Positions 12,540 to 25,517 of a stretch of 64,000 nt of DNA are shown in pieces. The notes below the pieces were generated by a model. That model saw nothing but the letters and a program-made list of their open reading frames with translations, made no database searches and was not told the origin of the DNA. Position 1 is the stretch's first letter. Every line of letters begins with the position of its first letter. Source of the stretch: Felis catus (taxonomy: Eukaryota); NCBI RefSeq assembly GCF_018350175.1, contig NC_058368.1, positions 71,178,001-71,242,000 on the forward strand, written 5' to 3'. Position numbers and translations under genes: made by a program.

Positions 12540-14080
12540 TTTCTTTTAATTCTGGTAAAGAACACACAAAATTAAATTTCCCATTTCTACTGTATTCAAG
12601 TACACAGTTCAGTAGTGTTAAGTATGTTCACGTTGTTATGTAATAGATCTCCAGAACTGAAACTGTATGCCCATTAAACAACTCCCCATTTCCCCCCACA
12701 CCCATCCTTCATACAGTATTTGTCCTTTTTGTGACTGGCTTATTTCACTTAGAATAATGTCCCATGTTGGGGCACCTGGGTGGCTCAGTCGGTTGAGCGT
12801 CTGTCTGACTTACACTCAGGTTGTGATCTCATGGTTTGAGTTTGAGCTCCACATCGGTCTCTGCTGACAGCTCAGAGCCTGGAGCCTGCTCTGCCCCTCC
12901 CCCGCTCATGCCCTGTCTGTCTCTCTCTCTCTCAAAAATAAATAAAACCTTAAAAAAGAAAGAATAATGTCCCATGTAGCTTGAGGCAGAATTTCCTTTT
13001 TAAGACTGAATAATATACCATGTGTATATACCACATTTTGTTTATATATCCATCCATTTGTGGACATTTGGGTTACTTCCACAGCTACTGTGTCAAATGC
13101 TGCTGTGAACATGTGTAAAAATATCTCTTTGAGACTCTTAAATACAGAGAACAAACTGAGTGAGAGTGGATGGGGAAGTGGGGGAGAGGGGAAAATGAGT
13201 GATGGGCATTGAGGAGGGCACTTGTTGGGATGAGCACTGGGTGTTGTATGTAAGCCAATTTGACAATAAATTATATTCATTAAACAAAAACAAAATGTAT
13301 TAAACATATCCATTCTTTAACCAAAACAAAATATCTTTTTGGGATTTTGCTTTCAGTTCTTTTGGGTATATATCAAGAAGTGGGGTTGCTGGGTCATATG
13401 GTGATTCTATTTTTAATTTTTTGAGGAACTGTCATACTGTTTTCCATAATGACTACACAATTTTACATTCCTACCAACAGCATACAAGGGTTCCAACTTC
13501 TCCTCATACTTGACAGTACTTACTTTCTGTGTTGTTTTGTTTTGTTTTGGTAATAACCATTCTAATGGTTGTGGGATTGTCTCAGTTTTAGTTTGCATTT
13601 CTCTAATGATTAGTGATACTGAACACCTCTTCATATGCGTGTTGGTAATTTGAACATTATCTTTGGAGAAGACAAACTGTTAGAAAGAACTATTAGAAGT
13701 ATTCAAGTTCTTTGCCCACTTTTGAATTGGGTTATTTTTTGTTTTTGTTGAGTTGTAGGAATTCTTTACATATTCTAGGTATTAACCCCTTATCGATATA
13801 TAATTGGCAATATTTTCTCCCATTCTATAGGCTGCCTTTTCACTCTACTGATTGTATCCTTTGATGCACAGAAGTTTTTAAGCTTGACTTAGTCCAGTTT
13901 TTCTAGTTTTGCTTTTGATGTTGTGCCCTTTGTGTTGTAAACAAGAAATCAGGTCAAATCCAGTGTCACAAATCATTTTTTGTATGTTTTTTTTCCTTAG
14001 GAGTATTATAGTTTTTTTCCCCCTAGGAGTTTTATAGTTTTGGATCTTGAATTTAGGTCTTTAGTCCATTTGAGTTGAAA
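12540..14080 (-). mobile_element. L1 (L1MA/MB-like) 3' region, interrupted by a SINE and a younger L1 end
   Basis: The minus-strand ORF 13413-13634 (MKRCSVSLIIREMQTK...) is L1 ORF2 C-terminal-like. Confidence 0.75.
13131..13325 (+). mobile_element. Short 5'-truncated carnivore L1 3' end
   Basis: GAGACTCTTAAATACAGAGAACAAACTGAG...GCACTTGTTGGGATGAGCACTGGGTGTTGTATG...AATAAA, flanked by AAAATATCT repeats. Confidence 0.8.
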
Positions 14081-14675
14081 ACATCTTTATTTTGCCTTCG
14101 TTTTTGCTGATATAGAAGTCTGTTGTTTCTTTCAGCACTTTAAAAATGTTACTTCATTGTCTTCTGACTTCCATAATTTTTTTTGAAAAGTTAACCTTCA
14201 AACTTATTGTTGCCCCTTTTAATCTTTCTAAGATTTTCCCCTTTATATTTGTTTTTCTTCAGTGTGACTATCATATACCTAGATGTGGTTTTCTCTGTAT
14301 CTCATTTGAGATTCATAGAGCATCTTGAAGGTGTAGTTTAATAACTTTCATCAGCGATGAAATTTGGGAAATTTTGTCTACTATTTCTTCACGTATTGCT
14401 TCTCTTCATTTTTTTCTCTCCTCTGCTTCTTTGACACCAATTACATGGATATTAAACCTTTCTATCATGTTCTTTAAATCTCTTATACTCTTTCTTGTGT
14501 TCTTTTTTACTCTCTGTGCTTCAATTTAATACACTGAAATGTTATTTAATTGATTGATCATCTCCTCTGTTTTGTTTAATCTGATATCAAACCCGTCAAT
14601 TGAATTACTAAATTCAGGTATAATCACTTTCTGTTATAGAATTTCTAATTGGCTTTAAAAAATATATACACGTTC

Positions 14676-15375
14676 TTAAAAAACAACAGGTGTTGGCGAG
14701 GATGTGGAGGAAAGGAACTTTTGTGCACTGTTGAGAACGCAAACTGGTTCAGCCACTGTGGAAAACACTGTGGAAAAGTGTTCCTCAAAAAATGAAAAAC
14801 AGAACTACCTTATGATCCAGTAATCATACCACTGAATATTTACCCAAAGAATACAAGAACACTAATTCAAAAGGATATATGCACCCCTATGTTTATTGCA
14901 ACATATTTATAATACCCAAATTATGGAAGCTGCCCAAGTGTCCACTGAAAGATGGATAAAGAAGATGTGGTATATATACACAATGGAATATTATTCAGCC
15001 ATAAAAAAGAATGAAGTCTTGCTATTTGCAACAACATGGATGGAGCCAGAGAGTATAATGCTAAGCAAATTAAGTCAGAGAAGACAAATAGCATATGATA
15101 TTACTCATGTGGAATTTAAGAAACAAGCAAACACACACAGGGGGGAAAAAGAGACAACCCAAAAAATAGATACTTAACTATGAAGAACAAACTGGTGGTT
15201 ACCAGAGGGGAGTTGAGTTGGGAGATGGGTGAAATAGGTGATGGGATAAGGGTACACTCACCAGGATGAACACCGAGGAATGTATAGAATTGTTGAATCA
15301 CTGTATTATACACCTGAAACTAATATAACACTGGGTGTTAACTGTATTGGAATTAAAATAAAAAACTTAATAAAA
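14676..15375 (+). mobile_element. 5'-truncated carnivore L1 3' end
   Basis: ORF2 C-terminal motif WIKKMWYIYTMEYYSAIKKNE, followed by the 3'UTR and A tail. Confidence 0.88.
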
Positions 15376-15715
15376 ATATATGTAGATTCTTGCTCTTCGG
15401 TGAAATTCTTCATCTTTCCTTCTCTTGGATATAAATCATAGATGTTTTAGTCCTTGTTTGATTACATTCCAAAATCAAATTCACCGGGTAGCTCCTTTTT
15501 TCTGTTACCTGGGTTTCTTCTCTTGTTTTTTGATAATTTGATCCTTTTCTTTTAGCATGTGTTGATGAATCAGGACATCGTGGATAACAAATTGTACTTA
15601 TTCTACCTGACAGATAGAACAGCAGTATATCAGCTTGATTCTAATGTGCTTCCCCTCTCTGTTCATAAACTTTAAGTCCTGCTTGTGTTTATTGCTTTGC
15701 AGTAGTTTCATATGG

Positions 15716-17052
15716 TTTGTCTTAGGTTGAATTCTTCCAGAGGTAGACCCTGAAGCAAGGATTTGGATAAAATGATTAATTAAGAAAGTGCTTCTTGGAT
15801 AAACCATTAATGGAGTAGAAGAGGGGCGCCTGGGTGGCTCAATTGGTTAAGCGTCTGACTTCAGCTTAGGTCATGATCTCACCATTCGTGAGTTCTTGCC
15901 CCACATTGGGCCCTGTGCTGACAGCTCAGGGCCTGATGCCTGCTTTGGATTCTGTGTCTCTCTGTCTCTCTGCCCCTCCCCTGCTCACACTCTGTCCCTC
16001 TCTCTCTCAAAAATAAATAAACATTAAGAAAAATTTTCTTAAAAAAATTTTAATGCTTATTTATTTTTGAGAGAGAGAGAGAATGAGCATTAAAACTGGG
16101 GTGGGGGGGGGGAGGTCAGCACAGAGCCTGATGCAGGGCTCGAACCCACAAACTGTGAGATCGTGACCTGAGCCTAAGTCGGATGCTTAACCGACTGAGC
16201 CACCCAGGCACTCCAAGAAAACTTTCTTGAATTTGAAAAAGAAATGGAGTAGAAGAAACAAGATATGGAAAAAGAAGGCAAGGGAGGGTACCATGTAGGT
16301 AAAGACTCAGGCTCAAATTCATCTCCAGAACACTCTGGAACATCAGTCACCACCTTAGAACTTGTCTCACCCCAAAGCAAAGGAATTGGCTGTGGTTCAT
16401 TCCTTGGATGCACCACATCCTTGGATGGACCAATGCTATAAGGAGAGCATTTCTGGCTCTCCTTATAGCAAAGCAACTCCAGGGCCCATGTACGTTCCCC
16501 CAAAAAACGGTTCCTCAAGTTTTTGCTCACGATAACACCCTTAGTTAAACTTCTTCGTTTAAGAAACTAAACTGCTTCAGCAGTTTTTCCCCTAATCACT
16601 TTCTGTGAAATTTTATTGCTGTAACTATACCATATGTCTGGTTATGTACTATATTTATATCCGTATTTGCTTTTTAAAAAAATGTTTATTTATTTATTTT
16701 GAGAGAAAAAGAGGGAGACAATCCCAAGTAGGCTCCAAGCTGTCAGCACAGAGTCTGAAGTGGGGCTCAATCTCACAACCATGAGATCATGACCTGAGGT
16801 GAAATCAAGAGTCGGCTGCTTAACCGACTGAGCCACTTGGGCACCCCTTTTTATCTGTACTTTATACATAAAAAGAGTACAATTATTTTTCTCCCCAAGG
16901 ACCAATTATTGCCCACAGTGAGAATGCATCCTCTAAAGCTTGCAGGGATGAATTGTTAACAACAAAGTGTTTAGTTGCTGGCCATTGAGTGCATAGGACT
17001 GGGAAAAGGGATCCCAAGGGATATGGATGGGTCACCAACAGTTTTGCCACAC
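15716..17052. mobile_element. Old ERVL LTR (LTR16/LTR33-like) split by nested SINEs and another insertion
   Basis: GTCTTAGGTTGAATTCTTCCAGAGGTAGACCCTGAAGCAAGGATTTG start, with a collinear continuation after the SINEs. Subfamily uncertain. Confidence 0.5.
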
Positions 17053-20000
17053 AGTTGTTTTAAATATTTGTGTAGTTTATGGTTGTTATTTTGTGGGAGG
17101 GTTAGTCCAATACAAGCTATTTGATCATGGCCAGAGCCAGAAGGCCCTCCTTTCTCTTTATTTCTAACAGTAAAATGAAAAGTATTTCATAAGCATCAGC
17201 AAGCAAGTAAGGGAGGTACAATCTTCTTTTTTACTTTGCATTCTCAATATGTCAAAAATTGTGGCTAAGCACATCTTTTAATCTCTTAAGGGAGCCTGAG
17301 TTATGAAGGGCAATGATTATGCATTTGCTTATTTGAAGGGAAGCACTAGCTGAAATGTTAGCAGACTAATGTTTGGTGGTGGAGGAACGTGACTCAGTGT
17401 CACTGCTTCTCTGAAGCTTTATCACTGAGACCTACAATTTTAATGGTTAAGAATTCTAATTTTACCCCTCACTGGTTGTGTGACTTGGGCACAGTAATGG
17501 ATTTGAGTTAATGACTAAAGGAAGGTCACTCAGTGGGTTTTATTTCTATATTAAACAAAGGATTATATCCAGTCACAATGTGGCCCTGATTGGTATATCC
17601 TGTTTAGCTTTTTAAATTAAAAAAATTTTTTTTAAATGTTTTTATTTATTTTTGAAGGAGAGAGAGAGAGAGAGAGAGAGAGAGCATAAGTGGGGGAGGA
17701 GCAGAGAGGGAGGGAGACAGAATCCAAAGCAGGCTCCAGGCTCTTAGCTGTCAGCACAGAGCCTGATGAGGGCTCGAGCCCACAAACTGTGAGATCATGA
17801 CCTGAGCCGAAGTCGGATGCTCAACTGACTGAGCCGCCCAGGCGCCCCTTAAATTTAAAAAAAACCTTTTTTTATTTTGTCCAACTTTTATATTGTATTG
17901 GTGAGAGAGTGTATGTATCTTGTTTTGCAATGGGACAAGGCATAGTGTGTTCATTGGCAAGGTATACAATTGTTCCTCAATGCCTTGAGGAACAAAGTTG
18001 TTGTATAGTATGTGAATGTATGTTCTAGTTAGACAAATTAGTCAAATATAGTATGTCAAACTGCTGCAGTGCTATTGATATACAAGAGTAGGCTTTGTGT
18101 ACTTAGCACTGCTTGAGGCATTTCAGTGTGGAGTAGCATGTCTATGTATATGTTATGTATGTACAGCAATCAGTTTGCCTACTTGTTAGATACTTTGGTG
18201 AGATTCATTCAGGAGGCCAAAAGTACTGGTTAAATTTATTTTCTTTCAGTATCTGGTTTTTGGTTATGTGCACTCTTGTTTTTATTAACAAAGAATTGAG
18301 TATATCATTAGGAAGAGAGAGAACCCAAGCTGTATCCAGTGATTAGTAGTAAAGAGTATCCACTGAAACTGGATATGCAAATAAGCTTTCTTAGACTGTG
18401 CAACTAAATGTTATTCATTTATTCATTTTAATTTGAATTTTGCAAATAAAAGTATCTTTTAAGAAGTATGGCATTCATCCAGAGGACTTAAAAAAAATAA
18501 GTGTACTGTTTGATTTTAACAAAGTAAACACACCTATGTAACCAATGCCCAGATCAAAAAGAGGATATTTTCAGAATAGCAGAAGCTCCTCCTTGGCTCC
18601 CTCTCAGTTACTGTTACCCCAAGGGTAACCACTACCCTGACTTCTTCCTTAATTTTTTTTTAATGTTTATTTATTTTTGAGAGAGACAGAGCGTGAATGG
18701 GGGAGGGGCAGAGAGAGAGGGAAACACAGAATCTGAAGCAGGCTCCGGACTCTGAGCTGTCAGCGCAGAGCCCAACACAGGGTTTGAACTCATGAACCGC
18801 GAGATCATGACCTGAGCTGAAGTCAGCTGCTTAACTGACTGAGCCACCCAGGCACCTTTGACTTCTAACATCATAGAATTGTTTTGCCTGGTTTAATATA
18901 AATGGTATCACATTGTATGCTCACTTTGTGTCTGGCTTCTTTTGTTCAGCTCAATGTTTGTGAGATTTGTTGCCTATTGTGTATAGCAATAGTTCATTCA
19001 TGCTCCATGAAAACCTTAAACATACACAAAAGCATACATAATAGTATGGTGAACCCTCATTTCCTAATCAACTTCAACAGTTATCAACTCATGGTCAATC
19101 TTGTTTCAGTTTTCCTCCCACCTGCCGTCCTCAACTCCAGATTATTATGAAGTAAAACATATATGTGTGTGTGTGTGTGTGTGTACATATACATATATAT
19201 ATGTACACACACACACACATATATATATATATTTGTATTTATTTTTTAAAATTTGTTTTTACATTTTACTTATTTTTGAGAGAGAGAGAAAGAGAGAGAC
19301 AGAGACAGAACACAAGTTGGGGAGGGACAGAGAGAGAGGGAGACACAGAATCCGAAGCAGGCTTCAAATTCTGAGCTGTCAGCACAGAACCTGATGCGGG
19401 GCTCAAACTCACAAACTGTGAGAGCATGACCTGAGCCGAAGTTGGATGCTTAACCGACTGAGCCACCCAGGCGCCCCACATGTATATATATTTTAATGTT
19501 TATTTATTTTGAGAGAGAGTGTGTGTGCGCGCATGTGAGTGGGGGAGGGGCAGAGAGAAAGGAAGAGAGAGAACCCAAACAGGCTCTGTGCTGTCAATGC
19601 AGAGTCTGATGCAGGACTCAGTCTCACAACCCTGGGGTCATGACCTGAGCCAAAATCAAGAGTCGAACGCTGAACCAAACTGAGCCACCCAGGCACCCCA
19701 AAAGAATGGCTTCTTAATGCCCTTTGAAAATCACACACTGGAGTCTGTGTTTAAGGGACTCTGAGGCAGAGCTGAGAGATAGAAATGTTTCTGGGGCAGA
19801 AAACAGGAAGTTTGTGGTGGGTCCCAAAAGGAAAAAGAGTGAATGTACTCTAAGCCCCAAAGGAAGCAAGGCAGGAGGCAGCTACAGGAAAGGTGGCACC
19901 AGCCACTTGGCCACAGGGAGAATGTGATTGGAGGATGCACAGAGAAGCCAAATAGTTGAGGGGGGTTGCAACTCCAGAGTGGACCACGAAACAACACTTA

Positions 20001-20605
20001 ATGGCAGAGGCATCTTTGGTCAGGATGAAGAGAGTGAAAGCCCACAGGAATCCCTGAGGCAGGGAACCTCCAGGGGCCATGGAGATTCCCAGGTCCCTCC
20101 TGCTTCTCCAAGGGTGCCCAGCTCCCACTGGGCACCCAGCAGGGATGGAGGGAACAGCAGTCCTGAAGTGTCAGATCCCAGAAAGATTGGCTTCACTTTT
20201 TATTTGGATTTTTTTTCGCCTTTTTCCCTGTGTTCCTGTACTAGTCAATTTGGATTCTATTCCCTATGGTTTTATCTTAGTGTGAGCCTTTATTCTGTCC
20301 TACTATTGATTTTAGCCATTTCATTTTCTCAAGTCCTTCTTGCTTCTATCTATGCCTTCCCTCACAAACGATGATATTATGTGGATCTTGTGGCTTCTCA
20401 TGTTTTTTTTTTTTCCTATCCACTTCTATTTTGGCATTTTGGCAATGTATGTCACTATGTGATAAATGTCATAAAAGAGATCTTATCAGAGTGAAGAGGA
20501 AGTAACAATTATGGCTAGAGAAATCTAATACGATTTTACAGGGTAGGTAACATCTGAGACAGGTCTTGAAGAATAGACAGTAATTCAGTAGATGTGCTAA
20601 ATAAC

Positions 20606-21495
20606 TTATACAAAAAACAATCCAGTGAAGAAATGGGTAAAAGACATGAACAGACACTTTTCCAAAGAAGACATCCAGATGGCTAACAGACACGTGAAAA
20701 GATACTCAACATCACTCATCATCAGGGAAATACAAATCAAAACAACGAGATACCACCTCATACCTGTCAGAATGGCTAAAATTAATAACTCAGGAAACAA
20801 CAGATATTGGTGAGGATGTGGAGAATGGGGAGCCCTTTTGCACTGCTGGTGGGAATGCAAACTGGTGCAGCCACTCTGGAAAACAGTATGGAGGTTCCTC
20901 AAAAAATTTAAAAAGAGCCACCCTATGACCCAGAAATTGCATCACTAGGTATGTATCCAAAGAATACAAAAATGCTGATTTGAAGGTGCACATGCAACCC
21001 AATGTTTATGGTGGCACTATCAACAATAGCCAAAGTATAGAAAGAGCCCAAATGTCTATCAACTGACTAATGGATAAAGAAGATGTGAGACACACACACA
21101 CACACGTGTACATACAGTGGAATATTACTTGGCAATCAAAAAGAATGAAATCTTGCAATTTGCAATGATGTGGTTGGAACTAGAGTGTATTATGCTAAGC
21201 GAAATAAGTCAGAGAAAGGCAAATATCACATGATTTCACTCATGTGGAATTTAAAAAACAAAACAGATGAACATAGGGGAAGGGAAGGAAAAATAAGATA
21301 ACAGAGCGGGAGGCAAACCATAAGAGAACAAACTGAGGTTGCTGGAGGAGAGGTGGGTGGGAGGATGGGCTAAGTGGGCATTAAGGAAGGCACTTGTTAG
21401 GTTGAGCACTAGGTGTTATATGTAAGTGATGAATCACTAAATCCTACTCCTGAAACCAATGCCACACTGTATGTTAACTAACTTGAATTTACTTT
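20606..21495 (+). mobile_element. 5'-truncated carnivore L1 3' end
   Basis: [44 protein letters not shown] is the L1 ORF2 C-terminus, followed by the 3'UTR. Confidence 0.92.
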
Positions 21496-22697
21496 TTTAA
21501 GTTTATTTATTTAGGGGCTTCTGGGTGGCTTAGTTGGTTACGTGTCTGACTTTGGCTCAGGTCATGATGTCATGGTTTGTGAATTCGAGCCCTGCATCAG
21601 GCTCTCTGCTACCAGCGCAGAGCCCACTTCAGATCCTCTGTCCCCCTCCCTCTCTACCCCTTCCCTGCTCACTTGTGCACGCTCTCTCTCTCTCAAAGAG
21701 AACATGCATGCAAGCATGCGTAAGTAGGGGAGGGCAGAGAGAGAGAATCCCAAGCAGACTCAGGCTGTCAACACAAAGTCTGACTCTGGGCTTGAGCTCA
21801 CAAACTGTCAGATCATGACCTGAGTTGAAATCAAGAGCCAGATGCTTAACTGACTGAGCCATCCAGGTGCCCCAACCAATTTGAATTTAAATAAAAAAAT
21901 AATGAGTCAGTGATCAACAATTTCAAATTATATATACAGGTTAAGCTGAAAGTACTCTAAAGCAAAGCATTGGATTTATCAGTTAGGAGGTCACTAAGGA
22001 TACTCAGTGATTTCATTTGCTTCATTTTCCTTCAGATACTTAGAGATTGTTACAATTAAAAAAAAATTTTTATTTATTTATTTTGAGAGTGAGAGGGAGA
22101 GAGAGAGCATGTGCACGAGTGGGGCGGAGGGGCAGAGAAAGAGGCGGGAGAGAATCCCAAGCAGGCTGCGCGCTGTCAGTACAGAGCCTGATGCAGGGCT
22201 CCATCTCACAAACCATGAGATCATGACCTGAGTTGAAATCAACAGTCAGATGCTTAACCATCTGAACCACCCAGGATTCCCAAGGTTGCTAAAATTTAAT
22301 CCTGTTTTAGGGGCACCTGGGTGGTTCAGTAGGTTAAGTGTCCAACTTTGGCTCAGGTCATGATTTCATCATAGTTCCTGAATTGGAACCCCGTGTCAGG
22401 CTGTCTGCTATCAATGCAGAGCCTGCTTGAAATTTTCTGCCCCCCTCTCTGTCGCCCCCCCCTCAAAAATAAATAAAATATTAAAAAAATTTTAAAAATT
22501 TAACTCTTTTAGATCTGTGTAAAATATTTACATGGTTTCAAAGTCAAGTATACAAAACATACCTGGCTTCTATCTCTGTCTCTATCCTATTCCTCTTCTC
22601 ACCCCATTAATAATGATTTCTATTTTTCTTTTTTTTTTGTTTAGTTATTTATTTTGAGAGAGAGAGTGTGTGTGTGTGCATGTGTGGGGGAGGGGTG

Positions 22698-22766
<69 letters not shown>

Positions 22767-23359
22767 CCCAAGCAGGCTCTGCTTGGTTAGCACAGAGCCT
22801 GACATGGGGCTCGATCTCACCGTGAGATCAGGACCTGAGCCAAAATCCAGAGTCGGTCACTTAACCAACCCAGGTGCCCCAGGAACGATTTCTTTTTAAT
22901 TTTGTGATTTATTTTATGTTGTTTTTCTTTTTAGATTTGAGAGGGTTGTTTTTTCATGTCCAAGTACATATGGATGTTTGGTCCTACCAAACAATCCCAC
23001 TACCCTTCACAAGAAAGAGGAACGTTTACTTTCAGTTTCTCTTTTAGAGAGTGCCTAACCTTTGGTAGCTGACTTGTAATGGGTCAGAGTGCAGGCAGAA
23101 GGGTAGTGGCATTGATCCAGTTGGGCATCCAGTAATCGGTCAGCCAGTCAGCCTGGCCTGGGTAGCAGCATTCAAATATTAATGGTAGTAATTGCCTTTG
23201 TAGGTTTGAGGAGTACTGAGGGAAATGTTTGTCTTGCAGTTACTGTCAGTGTATCATGAACCTAGTGTTCAATATGTTCCTGTAAAATCATAAACCAGAA
23301 ACTATTAACTGAGGTTATACCATCATTGAAGGCTTCTATTGGTCACCAGATAATCTCTC

Positions 23360-23810
23360 TCTTTTTTTTAAAAGTTTACTTATTTTGAGAGAGAGAGTGT
23401 GTGAGCAGGATGGGGATCATAGAGAGGGACAGAGAGAATCTTTTTTTCCTTTTTAAAAAAATTTTTTAACGTTTATTTCTGAGACAGAGAGAGACAGAGC
23501 ATGAGGGTGGGAGGGGCAGAGAGAGAGGGAGACACAGAATCTGAAGCAGACTCCAGGCTCTGAGCTGTCAGCACAGAGCCCGACGTGGGGCTGGAACTCA
23601 CAAACTATGAGATCATGACGTGAGCTGAAGTCAGTTGCTCAACCGACTGAGCCACCCAGTCGGGGCGCCCCGAGAGAGAGAGAATCTTAAGCAGGCTCTG
23701 CTCTGTCAGCATAGAGCCCAACTGGGGGCTCAATCCCACAAACCATGAGATCATGACCTGAACTAAAATCAAGAGTCAGATGCTTAACCAACTGAGCCAC
23801 CCAGGCACCC
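23360..23810 (-). mobile_element. Nested Can-SINE pair inside the ASNS pseudogene
   Basis: Outer SINE flanked by CACCAGAT..TCTC repeats. Inner SINE (~23442-23671) flanked by the TSD GAGAGAATCT. Confidence 0.85.
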
Positions 23811-24599
23811 CACCAGATTCTCTCCAGATTGAAGACTAGAGTCTTCAAATACTCTCTCTCTTTCTCTCTCTCTCTCTTCCATTCTTTGCTGGTACCAGAG
23901 ACAAGTAATGGGAAGAAAATCAATGATCCAGGAATGGGACTCTCAGTTCAAGTCCATGGGCAGCAGTAGTTTGATCTGTGTGGAGAACATCAAACAAACA
24001 GAGTTCTTTCAGAAGTTTCTCTCTCTACCATTGGCTTTTTTAAAAGAAGTTTTCGTGAAAATATATGTAACCCTGTGGAAGTACATCAGAACCTTCTCCA
24101 GAGAAGATTACCATGCTGTGTTCTTCCAAATGTCCTTGGAAATTAAATACGTATCTACTGGAGTGTTAACTGTTGTAAGGTCATAAGTTTCCAAGGAAAA
24201 TATGACTTCATTCATATCTGAATGCGTTCCTCACAGTTAAAAAGGACTTCATGATGTTCACTCCCAATGTGATCTGCTACCTTTCCAGCAGCCAGTAAAT
24301 GGGGACTTTCTCCCTGCCAGTTGCAAATGTCTGAGAACATACTGTCCCAGAGCCTCTTTTAGCTGCTTCAATAGGGTGACAGCAACTCAGCTGGAATCCA
24401 AGCCTCCTGATAAAAGGCATCCAGTCCTTCTGTCATCCAGTGTTTCTTAATAGCACTGTTAAAAAGGATCCAAAAAAACAAAAAAAAGTAGACATGTGTA
24501 TGAAGAGGAAAAAAGAACATGACTAAATCTGCTTCCCCAGGAAACATTACTTACTTTGTCACAATGGAATCACAACAGGTTTGCCTTGAGTTTCGGTTT

Positions 24600-24779
24600 T
24601 AAGGATTGTTCCCCTTGTCTCTTGCATCATCAGTTTTTCTCCTCTCTACTGGATCATTTATAGCATATGTACATCCACACACACTGTACTGTCTCTCATC
24701 TTCCACCTTTCCCTGTCCTTTATAGCAAAAGTCCTTGAAAGAGTGACCTATACTTTCTGTCTCCAGTTCTCTTCACCTT
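24600..24779 (+). mobile_element. L2 (LINE-2) ORF2 fragment inside the ASNS pseudogene insert
   Basis: TGCATCATCAGTTTTTCTCCTCTCTACTGGATCATT and TTTATAGCAAAAGTCCTTGAAAGAGTGACCTATACT resemble the L2a RT-region consensus as recalled. Confidence 0.7.
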
Positions 24780-25302
24780 CTCTTAGCAGTTTCTGTGTCA
24801 AGACCTGGGAATAGTTTCTCTACACTGTTAACAGAGGGCAAGCAGATGTTCATCTCTGCAGTGATGATAGTGAATCATTTCCACAGATGCAACTTTGTCA
24901 CTTGGCTTTAAATCAAGAATTTGATAGTGTACCAGAAGAAAAGGCTCCACTTTTTTTTTTTAAGGTTCCATTTTGATAAAGGAGTTGTGATACACTTCAA
25001 GTTAACGAGACCTTTAGCTTCTAAACAAATAGCCAAAAATCCGTCTTCTATCATGACTTTAAACAAAGATCTGACTTCATAGGTGACCGTGCCCAGGAAC
25101 ACTTTCTTATTGGCAGTATCCTAAAAAATAAATACAAACACCTCATCCAACATACAAATTATTTGCTCAGTTTCTCCTTTATTATAATGATGTAGGATGA
25201 CTCACCATCCATTTTGGTCTAATAATTAAATTCAAAATAAATTCAAAATAAGTCCAATAAGAGAATTAAAGTCTAATTAAATTAAAAAGGAAAATGCGTT
25301 TT

Positions 25303-25517
25303 GGGGTGCCTGGGTGGCTCAGTCAGTTAAGCGTCCGAATCTTGGCTTTGGCTCAGGTCATGATCTCTAAGTTTTGTGGGTTTGAGTCCTGCATCAGGCT
25401 CTGCACAGGCAGTGTGGAGCTTGCTTGGGATTCTCTCTGTCTCCCTCTCTCTCTAATCCTCCCCTACTTGCACTATCTCTGTCTCTCTCAAAATAAATAA
25501 ATGAACTTGAAAAAAAA
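25303..25517 (+). mobile_element. Can-SINE inside the ASNS pseudogene
   Basis: Full SINE with degenerate TSD AAAGGAAA(A)TG. Confidence 0.87.

Noticed and set aside
19928..20374. 148-aa ORF with hydrophobic C-terminus
   Set aside because: Non-ATG start, no recognisable family, and the hydrophobicity reflects T-rich DNA.
20625..20813. L1 ORF2-like peptides as an active element
   Set aside because: 5'-truncated, frameshifted 3' fragments only.
24908..25102. 64-aa ASNS-like ORF as a functional gene
   Set aside because: A fragment of the disabled retrocopy that frameshifts into an A run, with no ATG start.
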